In this document: positions 9,244 to 22,246 of the stretch, piece after piece | How the letters are laid out: every line of letters begins with the position of its first letter | How positions within the stretch are numbered: position 1 is the stretch's first letter | Source of the DNA: Zootoca vivipara | Lineage: Eukaryota | Length of the DNA stretch: 64,000 nt | Direction of reading: 5' to 3' | NCBI RefSeq assembly: GCF_963506605.1 | Contig: NC_083287.1 | Location: forward strand, 58,342,001-58,406,000 | Translations under genes and position numbers: made by a program | Notes under the pieces: model-generated | What the model saw: only the letters and a program-made list of their open reading frames with translations | Told to the model about the DNA's origin: nothing | The model's database searches: none

Positions 9244-12200
9244 TTATTATTTATACCCCGCCCATCTGGCTGGGTTGCCCAAGCCACTCTGGGCGGCTTC
9301 CAACAGAAAAAGGGCAGAACGTGAGCCTTCGACTGCAGCCTCACCCCATAACGCATCCATTGAGGCATCCAATGGTGTCAGGATCTGCAGGGACCCCAAA
9401 TTCAGAGACCTGTCAAGTCCACTATGTCACCTGAGAATAATGGCACCAACGGGATGGCCCTCTCTGACGGAGGGGTCTTTCCCCATCACCTGTGGAGGGC
9501 CAGGGGACTTCTGCATGTTCAGTGTTATGTATTCAGTGGTCTGTGTTTGCCTGAGCTTGAGTCTGGACTAAGGATTCTGAGCTCCTGTTTTCTGATTCAA
9601 TACGTGATGTCCAATCACAGAACACTTCTGGATTTGGGCCTCTGCCATTGGCCCTTGAACTCTGAGTTGTGATTCGCAGCTTGGAAGTTTAGACAGCCAA
9701 TCAAGTTGGGAGTGGGAGTGGCCCAGGCTTTCAGAAATGTTTATAAGCAGTTGCTTTGCCCCTGTTTCCCTGGTTATGTAGTTCAATAAAGGTTCTTGCT
9801 AAATAAAAAAAAATCCTTCCAGTAGCACCTTAGAGAGTTTGTCATAGGTATGAGCTTTCGTTTGTCATAGGTATGAGCTTTCTTGAAGAAGTGTGCATGC
9901 ACACGAAAGCTCATACCTATGACAAACTTAGTTGGTCTCTAAGGTGCTACTGGAAGGATTTTTTTATTTTGTTTTGATGCGTCAGACCAACACGGCTACC
10001 TACCTGTAAAAAGGTTCTTGCTGTTATCGCTGTGTCTTGCCTCATGGGAACCCACCTACACTTCACTTTCCCAGCCGGACCCCTGAAATTATGGGGCATG
10101 GAGCCCCATCCTCTACTCACCATAGACAGGGAAGTAGTAGGTCGTGTCCTCGTTCAGGCCTAGGCCCGTCACACGCTGCTCAAATTTAGCCGTGACGGCG
10201 TCGTTCACCCGGATGGCTCGTCCTTTCATAAATTTAAGTGCAGCGTTAATGCCGTCTTTGTTCCCTAAGCAGCCGACAGCCAAATCACAATTCCCCCCTC
10301 CCCCTGTAAAGGTCCAGTTCTGCAATGTCTGAGGTGAGTATGCACTGCTCTGTCAACAAGTCTCTTGGCGTAAGTCTCTGCTGCTGGAATGCCTCTGGTG
10401 TGGATGGAGAGGTGCCTAGGGCAGTGATTCATACAGAGAAGCAACGGGGAACCTTGGTGCAATTTGCCTGCATCTCTGCAGGGCGAGCAGCTGAATGCAG
10501 ACCCTCCAAGTGTCCCAATTTCCTAGGGACAGTCCTGGAATTATAGAAGCCGTCCTGGTTTCTGATTTGATCCCAGACTGTCCTGCTTGCCCCTTTTCCT
10601 CCACATCTCGGAGAACAATTGAAAGTGCGAAAACAGAGTCCTGTTTTATGGAAGGAGAAGCAAAAGTCTACTCCTAGCATTTAGCACTTTTGAAGTAGAC
10701 TACCCCTGAGCCTGGGGGCTCCATTCCCATCCTGCCTAACAAGGGCATAAGCAGAGTCCTGCTGACTGGGACCACGGGCAAACTGGGCAATGTCCCACTT
10801 GCCACGGTGCCACTGCTTCCAGGGGTCTTCCAAGAGGGGCTTGAAAACCTTTCCTCATTTTTGCCGCACCACCGATACTTGGAGGCACACTGCCTCTGTA
10901 GGTTCTTTTTAGCTCTCAAGGCTGAGCTTAGACAGAGCTCCCCTCCCTTCTGCAGGAATGTTTCCAGCCCACCAGAAACCTGCCCAGCGATTCCAAGGAG
11001 TACTCACCATAAAGCTTCACGGAGATCTTCCGGGCTTTCTGGTAATACACAATGGCATAGCTGTTGTAATCCGTTTCTGCCACCACCACGTCCACGGGGC
11101 TGCCACGGCCTGGGGGACACACACACACAGAGTGCCCTAGGTCAGCGCATGGAGAAATGGCGCTTTGCTTGCTCCCCTGCAAGATTATTCCATCCCCTCC
11201 ATTAATCCCAATTGCCCTGTCTAGCTGTTTCTCTTGTCAGGCATAAGGTGACCACCATAGTGTAGCAGGGGCCCAAAGGGCCACAATTAAGGTGATAATG
11301 TAAATCCTTATAAATCTTGGAATATGCTTATATTAGAAGAGTTATGGTAACCTGTTGCTTTAAAGAAACTGATGATTCAGCAAGAAGCCGTCCCTACTGG
11401 GATAGAAGGTCAGCTAATACGTCAATCACAAAGAAAATAAAAAAATTCCTTCAGTAGCACCTTAAAGACCAACTAAGTTTTTATTTTGGTATGAGCTTTC
11501 GTGTGCATGCACACTGCATGCACACGAAAGCTCATACCAAAATAAAAACTTAGTTGGTCTTTAAGGTGCTACTGAAGGAATTTTTTATTTTACTTCGACC
11601 CTGACCAACACGGCTACCTACCTGTAATCACAAAGAAGCAATTCATAAACTAGAACAGGGGTCAGCAAAGCTTTTCAGCAGGGGGCCGGTCCACTGTCCC
11701 TCAGACCTTGTGGGGGGCCGGACTATATTTTTTTGGGGGGGAATGAACGAATTCCTATGCCCCACAAATAACCCAGAGATGCATTTTAAATAGAAGGACA
11801 CATTCTACTCAATCTACACGCTGATTCCCAGACCATCTGTGGGCCGGATTGAGAAGGCAATTGGGCAGGATCTGGCCCACAGGCCTTAGGTTGCCTACCC
11901 ACCCCTGCTGTAGGGGTACTAGAGATATCAACTGGGAGTGCTTGAAATGCATAGTAGAAAAGCTGAGGATTATTCCTCGGGGGGGGGGAGGGGGAATTGG
12001 GAGAAAGGTGAGGGAGGTCCCCATTGGCAAAACTACCCCAATCCTCGCCCACCTACCTTTCAAGAGGAACCTGCCAGGAATCTTGGTGGGGAAGTAAGTT
12101 TGCTGGATGTTCCAACAGACGCCATCCCTGTGGAAATGGAGGAGAAGACCAGGCATTCAGGGCAGTATTCCAGCGGCCAGTCCACGTCAGGCCGGATCCT

Positions 12201-13683
12201 GTTCCATAGGCTGTTTGCCTAGCAACAGCCAGCACCAGAAAAACACACCCCTACTTGCACATCCCAGAATAAAACAAAGGCATTGCCTGTGTGTGTGCAT
12301 GTAATAGATGCTCGTAAGAGCATTCCTTTGGTTTACCACATTTATCTTTTTTTAAAAAAATAATATTTATTGATTTTCAAACATTTCAACACAAAAACAA
12401 AAACAAAAAAGCAAAAATAAAAATAAAACATACTCAAAAAAACCCCTAAAACATATCAATTCTTACATTAACTTGACATTGTGGACTTCCTCGATTACCC
12501 CCACACTGGGTCCATTTTAAAATCTAAATTAAGCAATTTTCCTTTATCATCTTAAATCATTCCAACGCAATTTTTCCATCATCTCACAACCAATTCTAAT
12601 CTACACAAAGGGGGGAAAAACATCGACTATCCTCAACCTACAATTCATTAAATAATCCAAATCTAAATTTATTTTCCCATCCATCTCTAATTCTTCCTTT
12701 AGCCTCACAATTTATACCCCAAAATTTTTCCATACATTCAAATATTATTTCTTCTCTCATAATAACCTTTAACCACTTTTATTTGGTTTACCACATTCAT
12801 ACCCCACTGTATTTCCTCCAAAGGTACCAGACATAGTTCTCCATGGAAAAAGTTTCTGACAGTAAGAGCTATTTGACTGTAGAACGGTCTCCCTCAGGAG
12901 GTGGTAGACTCTCCTTCCTTGGAGGTTTCTAAGCAGAGGTTGGGTGGCCATCTGCCAGGGATGTTGTAGCTGAGATTCCTCTAATGCAGGCGGTTAGACT
13001 AAAGGACCCTTGGGGTCCCTTCCAACTCTACCGTTCTATGATTCTTGGGGACCAACAAAGAGGATGGCCTTTCCTCCACACCCCGTTCATCTGGGCCCAG
13101 CGGATCCTGCCAGCTTACTCGGATACTCACAGCGGGCGGAAGGTGCTCACCAACAAGGATCCCTGAGAGCTTGGGCCACCCACAGAGACCACCAGGTTGG
13201 TTGCTTCAAGCCGGTGGCTGTTCTCACTCAAGTAGCTGCATTGCGAGGCCACCCCAACCAGGAACCATTTCCCAGCAAACTAGAGGAGGAGAGAGAGGGA
13301 GAGTCAACTTGGGACAACCCAAGACGTCTCTCTTTTCATCAGAGAAATCTTGGAGGGGATGGAATAGGGTGTCCCTATTTTCATCGGAGAAATGTTGAAA
13401 TGTTGTGTACTGAGGTCCAGTGCCGAGGGACTTCTGGCGGTTCCCTTGTTGCGAGAAGCCAAGTTGCAGGGAACCAGGCAGAGGGCCTTCTCGGTAGTGG
13501 CACCCGCCTTGTGGAACGCCCTCCCATCAGATGTCAAAGAGGGCTACCAGATTTTTAGAAGACATCTGAAGGCAGCCCTGTTTAGGGAGGCTTTTAATCT
13601 TTAATCGATTATTTTATTCTTCTGTTGGAAGCCGCCCAGAGTGACTGGGGAAACCCAGCCAGATGGGTGGGGTATAAATAATA

Positions 13684-13731
<48 letters not shown>

Positions 13732-15386
13732 ATTAGAGTAGGCCCTTTGAAATGGATGGATATGAATCTGACTTTGGTTCATTAATTTCACTGTGTATCC
13801 TCTTGAGTAGAACTTGGTCGGTTACAGCCCACTGAATGTGAAGGTGTAAATAACACTAACAATATTGCTGAACGATTTTAAAAAATAAGATTTGTGTGGG
13901 TGGGAGGGTTCGTTTGTTTGTTCCTCCAAACCAAGGATACCCAACCTGGTGTCCTCCATCTGTTTTGGACCACAACTTCCATAAACCCCAGCAAAGGTCA
14001 GGGATGGTGGGAGGGTGTCCATCACCACCCGCAGGTCCCCGCAGGAGCCTTTTCTGCCCCAAATCACACTGGAAAGCATAGACAACCTGTAAAAACATTG
14101 AGTCTTGTAGCACCTTAACAACCAGCAGATTTTCGGTCCTTTGCCTTTTAAACTTTGTCATGAGGTGGATTTTAGAGAGCATCCTCTTGCTATTTAGAGG
14201 TACAGGTGGGTTTAAATTATCTAGGCTAAATGGAATTACTTGGCATGGATCAAATTTAGAATTTGAGAACCAAGGTGTGCCATATCACGCCAGTGTGTAA
14301 ATATCACATTATGAGTGAGGTTCTTGACAACGCACACAAGCTCAGGGGCGTTTTTTTCAAGAGGCGGGGGTTGTTGAGAAGGAAGTTCCCACCTGGCTTC
14401 CCCTTCCCCTTTGGACCCAGATTGGACTGAGGACGCCTTTGTGACTGGCTTGGAAAGCGTAATGCTGGTGGTCAACAAAAGAGGTTTAAAGACTGTCTCA
14501 AAGCAAATCTTAAAAAATGTAGTATAAACACTGACAACTGGGAAACTCTGGCCTGTGAGCGCTCCAGGTGGAGAACAGCCTTTACCAAAGGTGTCCTGGT
14601 TTTGAAGACACTCGAACTCAGGACGCCAGGGAGAAACGTGCTAAGAGGAAGGCACATTTGGCAAATGCACACCGTGATCAACTCCCGCCCAGAAACCAAT
14701 GTCCCCACTGTGGAAGGACGTGTGGATCCAGAATTGGCCTCCACAGTCACTTTCATACCCATTGTTAAAACCCTGTTTATGGAAGACAATCTTACTCGGC
14801 TATGAGTGATCACCAAAGAGAAGAGAAAGTGCAAGACAGAGACAGAAAGGTAAAGCACAAGGCTGTAAGAGACGCCGTCATGTGAGAGGAGGGCAGGGAC
14901 AGGGTCCAGATTGCTTCAGGGCATTTGGACAGAGCGCTTTCTGGAACCTTCCTTCTGACGCAGATATTAAAGAGGATTTGCTGTCAACAGGGGATGAATG
15001 AAAACCCTTCCGTTGAGATCCAGGAGCACCGGCTGGTGTGACAGGGGAGGAAAACACTCCGATTAATATCTTGCAACCACCTTTAGAAACATCTTGGAGG
15101 GAAAAGAAGCAGGGCATTCCATGACATCACAGCATCTCAGCCAATGATTGAGAGACGCATTTGGACAGCTCTAGCTCAGCTATTTTGCCCCACTCCAACC
15201 CCAGAAGAAATTCTGTTTCCCTTTCCAAATCCATCTGCTCACCTGGCCAAGATCGAAGTTGGCCTGAACATCAATCTTGTCGATGGGATTCTCTGGGGCT
15301 GGGCGTTTTTTGGGGCCCTGGGCAGCGCCGGGTGCAGCAAGGAGCAGGGGGAGCAAGAGGACGAAAGGGAACGAGGTGGGACCCAT
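8417..15386 (-). CDS. C8G: Complement component C8 gamma chain (lipocalin), spliced
   Basis: GT-AG, phase-consistent exons: 15386-15243 (signal peptide...NFDLGQ), 13279-13131 (FAGKWFLVGVASQC, with lipocalin GxW and the C8alpha-linking Cys), 12127-12057 (DGVCW), 11109-11008 (VVVAETDYNSYA...VKLY), 10222-10121 (FEQRV...YFPVY), 8563-8525 (GFCDSADQFHILN). Terminal exon uncertain: either 8427-8417 (ESR*) or exon-6 read-through to the stop at 8508. Confidence 0.93.
9185..9308 (-). mobile_element. L2-type LINE 3' end with (ATT)n tail
   Basis: Same ggaagccgcccagagtggc...gggtataaataat(att)n terminus as 13410-13729 and 41233-41658. Confidence 0.65.
9801..10009. mobile_element. Penelope-like element terminus in inverted arrangement, 13-bp TSD
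   Basis: Inverted ccttccagtagcacctta...ggtatgagctttc arms; flanking duplication AAAGGTTCTTGCT at 9788-9800 and 10010-10022. Confidence 0.7.
11436..11625. mobile_element. Penelope-like element terminus in inverted arrangement, 12-bp TSD
   Basis: Near-perfect palindrome centred on gtgtgcatgcacac; TSD AATCACAAAGAA at 11424-11435 and 11626-11637. Confidence 0.7.
11656..11907. mobile_element. hAT-type non-autonomous DNA transposon
   Basis: CAGGGGT...ACCCCTG termini. Confidence 0.55.
12345..12780 (-). mobile_element. L1-type LINE 3' end
   Basis: Starts with reversed polyA/AATAAA-like tail (tttttt...atatttattga) followed by AT-rich 3' UTR-like sequence. Confidence 0.4.
13410..13729 (+). mobile_element. 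L2-type LINE 3' fragment with (ATT)n tail
   Basis: Encodes RQRAFSVVAPALWNALP...FRRHLKAALF, typical of the L2 ORF2 end. Confidence 0.75.
14456..14826 (+). mobile_element. RTE-clade LINE 3' fragment
   Basis: GGQQKRFKDCLKANLKKCSI...WETLACERSRWR...CPHCGRTCGSRIGLHSH; GAA-rich tail. Confidence 0.75.
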
Positions 15387-15435
15387 GGCCGGACTGCGAA
15401 GAGCTTGTGGGGCAGGAGAGGAGGGGGCGAGAGCT

Positions 15436-15509
15436 GGTCAGTCATTAACCAGCCCTATGAATTTTCCTGAAAGGCCGAAGCCAAGGCTGACCCAAAGGGA
15501 GCAAAGTCT
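15436..15509 (-). promoter_or_regulatory. Liver-type C8G proximal promoter: HNF1-like and HNF4-like sites
   Basis: GGTTAATGACTGACC (minus, 15450-15436) resembles the HNF1 consensus; gggagcaaagtct (15497-15509) resembles an HNF4 DR1. Both lie 50-120 bp upstream of the ATG. Confidence 0.5.
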
Positions 15510-16354
15510 CGCTAGCTTGTGAAATCTACACCTGTCAGCGCATGGCAGAGACTTCCCTGGCGCCACCATGAAAAGGGGAGTGGAGCAGAGGTGTGTACAT
15601 CTGTCAATTATTCTGCTTTAAATAAAAATACAAGTGAATAAAAATAGATTGTCCACCCCACCTTCCATCCCAGGATCTTCATGGCAAGACCTCTGATTCT
15701 CTACAAACCTGGAGGTTCTATATTGCCTTTGTTCAATAACCATCAAGGCTGCCTTTCCCCGTGAAATTTGCCTAATCTCCCCTCCCCTTGACAAAATTAC
15801 CACCACCCTATCCTGTGGCAGTGAGTTCTATCAATTAGCCTAGGCGTTGTGCCACGATGTGCCTGCAGACATCAGACCAACATCTTGGTTTCCCACAGTG
15901 GCATCATGTCAGATGGCCAAATGCAACCTTGGCCAACCGGGGGGGGGGGGGGGAATCCAGCTGTTTTGGACCACATCTCCTGTCATTCCCCCAGCAGCAC
16001 ATCTGGAGGGCACCAGCTTAGCCAAAGCTACCCCAATAGGAAGGCCGCGCACAAGGCAAGATGGCAACAGCCCTCCCCAGTTTTATGCCTCTGTTTCAGG
16101 GCTACTTAGATGAGGCCACCTCTAACTCCCCATTCCTTTTCACACAGTGGACACAGCTGGACATGTGTTGCCGCCTTGGAGCAAATAGCCGGTCTCCACA
16201 GGTAAAGTACCTTTCGAAATGGAGGCTCCGTTGAGCTTACTATTCCTTTCTTGTTGCATGAGGGATAATGGATTTACTTCATTTTCCCTGTTACAATTGA
16301 GTTTAATATGACCAGGATGGAACAAAGGTTTCGGTGGGAAATGGCAGAGTTACA

Positions 16355-17118
16355 GTTCAGGCAAACAGAAGGGGAAGAGATGGAGGCAGTGAGAGATTTT
16401 ACTTTCTTGGGCTCCATGATCACTGCAGATGGTGACAGCAGTCACGAAATTAAAAGATGTCTGTTTCTTGGGAGAAAAGTAGTGACAAACCTAGACAGCA
16501 TCTTAAAAAGCAGACACATCACCTTGCTGACAAAGGTCCGTATAGTTAAAGCTATGGTTTTCCCAGTAGTGATGTATGGAAGTGAGAGCTGGACCATAAA
16601 GAAGGCTGATCGCCGAAGAATTGATGCTTTTGAACAGGCATCCCCAAACTTCAGCCCTCCAGATGTTTTGGACTACAATTCCCATCTTCCCCAACCACTG
16701 GTCCTGTTAGCTAGGGATCATGGGAGTTGTAGGCCAAAACATCTGGAGGGCCGCAGTTTGGGGGTGTCTGCTTTTGAATTATGGTGCTGGAGGAGACTCT
16801 TGAGAGTCCCATGGACTGCAAGAAGATCAAACTGATCCATTCTGAAGGAAATCAGCCCTGAGTGCTCCCTGGAAGGACAGATCGTGAAGCTGAGGCTCCA
16901 ATACTTTGGCCACCTCATGAGAAGAGAAGACTCCCTGGAAAAGACCCTGATGTTGGGAAAGATGGAGAGCACTAGGAGAAGGGGATGACAGAGGACGAGA
17001 TGGTGGGACAGTGTTCTTGAAGCCACCAACCTGAGTCAGACCAAACTGCGGGAGGCAGTGGAAGACAGGAGTGCCTGGCGTGCTCTGGTCACGACTAAAC
17101 GACTGAACAACAACAACA
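16355..17118 (+). mobile_element. RTE-BovB LINE 3' fragment interrupted by a hAT MITE
   Basis: EAVRDFTFLGSMITADGDSSHEIKR...TKVRIVKAMVFPVVMYGSESWT...FELWCWRRLLRVPWTARRSN; (CAA)n tail. Confidence 0.9.
16635..16770. mobile_element. hAT MITE, 8-bp TSD CTTTTGAA
   Basis: CAGGCATCCCCAAAC...GTTTGGGGGTGTCTG TIRs; TSD at 16627-16634 and 16771-16778. Confidence 0.85.
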
Positions 17119-18087
17119 GTTCAGGCTCAATTCTGAATCTGAACCAAGCTTTAGTTTGCATATGTAAATAACTCAGCATGAGCTCATTGGTGTACCAATA
17201 CCTATCGGCCTCTCTCTCTCCCTCTCTGGCCATGGTTAATTGTGCAATTATAGCCTCTGCCCATATCTCTGTCTCATGGCCTTCTGACCTCACAATTAGC
17301 AATCCTTAGCTCTAAAAAAAACCCAAAAAACTTGAGCACATCTTTTTAAAAAAAAAGTATTTCAAGGACTGCTGCTGTTTTGTGGAAACATCCCATAAAT
17401 ACAAATAGTAACTGTTATGAGAAAAAACTGCTCCTTTTCACTTATGGGGTACCCAAGAGCCCTTATAGAGTCCTTTTGTAGGTTCTCCATCGGTAGGAGA
17501 AAATAACAGAGGCCAACCAGAGAATATTGAGAAGCAAAGCAGCTACCCGTAGTAAGCTTGATCTTTATTAAAGCTGTTGCAACAGGGTTCTCCCCCCCAC
17601 ACACACACACACAGGAGGGTGTGCCCGCCCTTATATATACTTTTTAAATTGCCCACCCTCAAACTCCAGACCACCCCCAGAAACCTCATACATACATCAA
17701 AGGAGGGGTGTATCCCTTCCCAGGACCACCTCCCCCATTGCATTATACCTACATCACAGGTGGGGCAGATTACAACAGAAATCTGAATGCGTTGTTTTTT
17801 CCTCTTGTCTGCTAGGTTCCTCAATTGAATTCCCTGGGCATCCTGGCCACTCTTTTGTTACTCAGTTCCTGAATCCAGGCCACAGGCTCACACCCTATTC
17901 CTATCTTAAAGGTGCCCTTAAGACCGGATTTGTGAAAGAGACGATGGGGAGATTTCCGATTTCCGTCAACCTTGCAGAGAAATATTTGAGGTCATTTTGG
18001 GAGAGAGAAAATGATTTCAGGACTTTTCTGTGGCTTTCAGACACGTGGTTTACATATTTGTATGTGTTTGCTTGGTACATTTATGAA

Positions 18088-18302
18088 TAGGGTTGCCAGA
18101 CTCAATAGAGGACAGGACTTCTGTGCCTTTAATTGCCCTGCTCCCTTTTGAGTCTGGAAACCTTAGAGAGAAACCAGCAGACCCTTTGTTTAATTTCCAA
18201 GCAAAGGGTCTGCTGGTATCTCCTTAAGGTTTCCAGACTCAAAAGAGAGCAGGGCAATTAAAGGCACAGAAGTCCTGTCCTCTATTGAGTATGGCAACCC
18301 TA
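18088..18302. mobile_element. Palindromic hAT MITE (TAGGGTTGCCA TIR), 8-bp TSD TTTATGAA
   Basis: 215-bp near-perfect foldback; TSD at 18080-18087 and 18303-18310; absent from the paralogous site near 4870. Confidence 0.9.
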
Positions 18303-18332
18303 TTTATGAACATCTATTTTATATATATAGCA

Positions 18333-18468
18333 CAGGCATCCCCAAACTGCGGCCCTCCAGATGTTTTGGCCTACAACTCCCATGATCCCTAGCTAACAGG
18401 ACCAGTGGTCGGAGAAGATGGGAATTGTAGTCCAAAACATCTGGAGGGCCGAAGTCTGGGGATGCCTG
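18333..18468. mobile_element. hAT MITE, 8-bp TSD ATATAGCA
   Basis: Same family as 16635-16770; TSD at 18325-18332 and 18469-18476. Confidence 0.88.
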
Positions 18469-18609
18469 ATATAGCACCTTAAAATTCTTATAACGGTAAC
18501 ATAATGACCAATATGTTTTAATGGGGACCCATCTTCACGAATTCTCCCTCCTTCTCTCTTCTTCTCAACTAAACTAACAACCCACATTTTTATTCTGCAA
18601 TGCATAATA

Positions 18610-18870
18610 CTATATTCCGCCAGGAGGCGCAGCGGCCGAGCTCCCTCTTGTGGCCAAACACCGAATTGCTCCCTGCGCCGCCTTCGGGCACGTCTTCTCC
18701 CGCCGCGCCTGCGCCGGAAGAGCGGCGGACGAGGGAGGGGAACCACAGAGAAAGGATGCCTAGAGGAGCTAAGCATAGAGCATGGAACGGAAGACGGCTT
18801 CTGACGGTGGCGGCCAGAAGCGGAAGGGCCCTTCCGGAAATGATGTAGGAAGCAGCTGGTAGGAGGTCTG
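18610..18870 (+). promoter_or_regulatory. CpG-rich FBXW5 promoter and probable non-coding exon 1
   Basis: CpG-dense stretch with several ETS-type CGGAAG/CCGGAA motifs and a candidate donor (cagctg|gtagga, ~18858). The ATG exon at 23819 is preceded by a splice acceptor, so an upstream exon is needed. Confidence 0.6.
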
Positions 18871-19992
18871 TTGTTGTGGGGGGGGAAGGGGGGGAGTCGC
18901 CTGGGATGCGGGGGGAGGGGATGCCTGGGGGGGAGGGGTCCCCAAATAGATGCGAGGGGGAGGGGATGTATGGATGTGGGGGAGGGGGACCAATTTGGGG
19001 AATTGGGGGGGAGGGGGGCTGAGAACCAGAACAAACCAGGCGAAAGGCCCAAGAGGGGAGCTGTGTGTTGGGGGGCGGGGGAGAAATGGGGAGAGTATCT
19101 CTCTAGGGGGGGGCAGGAGGCAGTTTTGGCTGGTTTGTTATTTATTATTATTTATTTCCTAACATTTATGCACCACTCCATTGCAGAAAACCGCAAAGAT
19201 AAGATAAAACTGACAATAGAACCCACGGAGGGGGGGTGGGAAGTCTGGAGATTCAGAGAGATCACTAAATGTGGATATGCATTTTTTATTTTCCTAAATT
19301 TACACTTGCAAAATCAAATAAAAATTAGTTTAAAAACAAACAAACTGCAAAATAGAGGGAAAACTCATAACCCTACTTTTAAAAACACACAATTGTGAAA
19401 ATACTAAAGCAGATGGCAACGACCTTGATTTCCTAAGCATCTGGGTGAAGCTTATCTAAGCAGGGATTTTTTTTTTAGCAGATGGCACCTGCCTGGCCCA
19501 AGGGGCAAGGATTTCCAATGTGCAGGTGCTGCCACATTAAGCGACCAGGTTCTTGCCACATAAAACCTGTTCCGCAGGGCCAATTCTGCCACTTGAAGAG
19601 GGCCAGTGGGCGCCCATAGACACACAATCTGCCAGGTAAATTGGCCCCCAGTTGTTAAGGGCTTTATATGCTCATAGTAGCACCTTGAACTGGGCCCAGC
19701 AGCAAATCATCTGAGCAGAGGTGTTACATGCTGACAAGGCCTCACAAGGTTTGAAGCAGAAGGGAGAGGGGGTTTCCCTCTACAAATTCCGAAGTTATTT
19801 GGCAACAAGCAGTGTCCAAAACTCCCATTGTTCTAGGTGAATTTTGCAACTGTGGATTTCATTAGCATGAGCAGTTTTGGAGCTCTGGGCGCAGTAGGGT
19901 ACCTAAGATTTGAGATTAAAACTGCAGAGTGGGAGGAAAGGAAGACCCCAGCTACTCTGAAGACTGGAAAAGAGACCCTCTTAAGAATATTC

Positions 19993-22156
19993 ATAGAATC
20001 ATAGAGTTGGAAGAGACCACAAGGGCCATCCAGTCCAACCCCCTGCCAAGCAGGAAACACCATCAAAGCATTCCTGACAGATGGCTGTCAAGCCTCTGCT
20101 TAAAGACCTCCAAAGAAGGAGACTCCACCACACTCCTTGGCAGCAAATTCCACTGCCGAACAGCTCTTACTGTCAGGAAGTTCTTCCTAATGTTTAGGTG
20201 GAATTTTCTTTCTTGTAGTTTGAATCCGTTGCTCCGTGTCCGCTTCTCTGGAGCAGCAGAAAACAATCTTTCTCCCTCCTCTATATGACATCCTTTTATA
20301 TATTTGAACATGGCTATCATATCACCCCTTAACCTTCTCTTCTCCAGGCTAAACATACCCAGCTCCCTAAGCCGTTCCTCATAAGGCATCGTTTCCAGGC
20401 CTTTGACCATTTTGGTTGCCCTCTTCTGGACACGTTCCAGCTTGTCAATATCCTTCCTGAACTGTGGTGCCCAGAACTGGACACAGTACTCCAGGTGAGG
20501 TCTGACCAGAGCAGAATACAGTGGTACTATTACTTCCCTTGATCTAGATGCTATACTCCTATTGATGCAGCCCAGAATTGCATTGGCTTTTTTAGCTGCT
20601 GCATCACACTGCTGACTCATGTCAAGTTTGTGGTCAACCAAGACTCCTAGATCCTTTTCACATGTACTGCTCTCAAGCCAGGTGTCTCCCATCCTATATT
20701 TGTGCCTTTCATTTTTTTTGCCCAAGTGTAGTACTTTACATTTCTCCTTGTTAAAATTCATCTTGTTTGCTTTGGCCCAGTTGTCTAATCTGTTAAGGTC
20801 ATTCTGAAGTGTGATCCTGTCCTCTGGGGTGTTAGCCACCCCTCCCAATTTGGTGTCATCTGCAAACTTGCTCAGGATTCCCTCAAGCCCATCATCCAAG
20901 TCATTGATAAAGATGTTGAACAAGACTGGGCCCAAGACAGAACCCTGTGGCACCCCACTAGTCACTACTCTCCAGGATGAGGAGGAGCCATTGATGAGCA
21001 CCCTTTGGGTTCGGTCAGTAAGCCAGTTACAAATCCACTGAATGGTAGCATTGTCTAGCCCACATTTTACCAGCTTCTTTACAAGAATATCATGGGGCAC
21101 CTTGTCAAAGGCCTTGCTGAAATCAAGATAGGCTACATCCACAGCGTTCCCTTCATCTACCAGGCTTGTAATTCTGTCAAAAAATGAGATCAGATTAGTC
21201 TGACATGACTTATTTTTCAGGAACCCATGCTGACTTTTAGTGATCACAGAGTTTCTTTCTAGGTGCTCACAGACTGTTTGCTTAATGATCTGCTCTAGAA
21301 TCTTTCCTGGTATTGATGTCAGGCTGACTGGGCGGTAATTGTTTGGGTCCTCTCTTTTCCCCTTTTTGAAAATAGGGACAACATTTGCCCTCCTCCAGTC
21401 TGCTGGAACTTCGCCTGTTCTCCAGGAATTTTCAAAGATTATTGCCAGTGGTTCTGAAATCACCTCTGCCAGTTCTTTTAATACTCTTGGATGTAGTTCA
21501 TCTGGCCCTGGAGACTTGAATACATCTAAACTAGCCAAGTATTCTTGTACTACCTCCTTACTTATTCTGGGCTGTGTTTCCCCTGCTGAATCATCTGCTC
21601 CATATTCTTCAGGTCGGGCGTTGTTTTCTTTCTTGGAGAAGACTGAGGCAAAGAAGGCATTGAGGAGTTCTGCCCTTTCTCTGTCCCCTGTTTGCATTTC
21701 ACCATCTTCTCCTCTGAGTGACCCCACTGTTTCCTTGTTTTTCCTTTTGCTACGGACATACCCATAAAAGCCCTTTTTGTTGCTTTTAACCTCTCTGGCG
21801 AGCCTGAGTTCATTCTGTGCTTTAGCTTTTCTGACTTTGTCTCTACACGTGCTGGCTATATGTTTGAATTCCTCTCTGGAGATTTCCCCCCTTTTCCATT
21901 TTTTGTACATATCCCTTTTAAGTCTTAACTCAGTCAAAAGTTCTTTAGATAGCCAGCCTGGCTTCTTTAGGCACCTTCCATGTTTCCGTCTCATTGGTAT
22001 TGCCTGAAGTTGTGCTTTTAATATCTCCCTTTTAACAAACTCCCAACCATCATGAACTCCCTTCCCTTTTAGTATTACTGTCCATGGGATTTCACCCAGC
22101 GTTTCCCTAAGTTTTCTGAAGTCGGCTTTCTTAAAGTCTAGAATTTGGACCTTAGT
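19993..22156 (-). mobile_element. Young 5'-truncated CR1 LINE with uninterrupted RT-encoding ORF2 fragment
   Basis: ORF 20063-22249 has [34 protein letters not shown] and KFADDTK; (ATTCTATG)n 3' end; possible ATATTC TSD. Confidence 0.95.
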
Positions 22157-22246
22157 ATATTCGGGGGTGGGCAGTGGAAGGACTAGTCCATGTGAAAAAT
22201 GAACATAAGATTTTAGCTGCAGTTCATTCATTTTCAGCTTGGTATT

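Noticed and set aside
9376-10089. Possible solo LTR (TGTCAGG...CCCTGAAA with CCAAT and AATAAA) hosting the Penelope insert
   Set aside because: Terminal CA and TSD are imperfect; cannot be confirmed without a repeat library.
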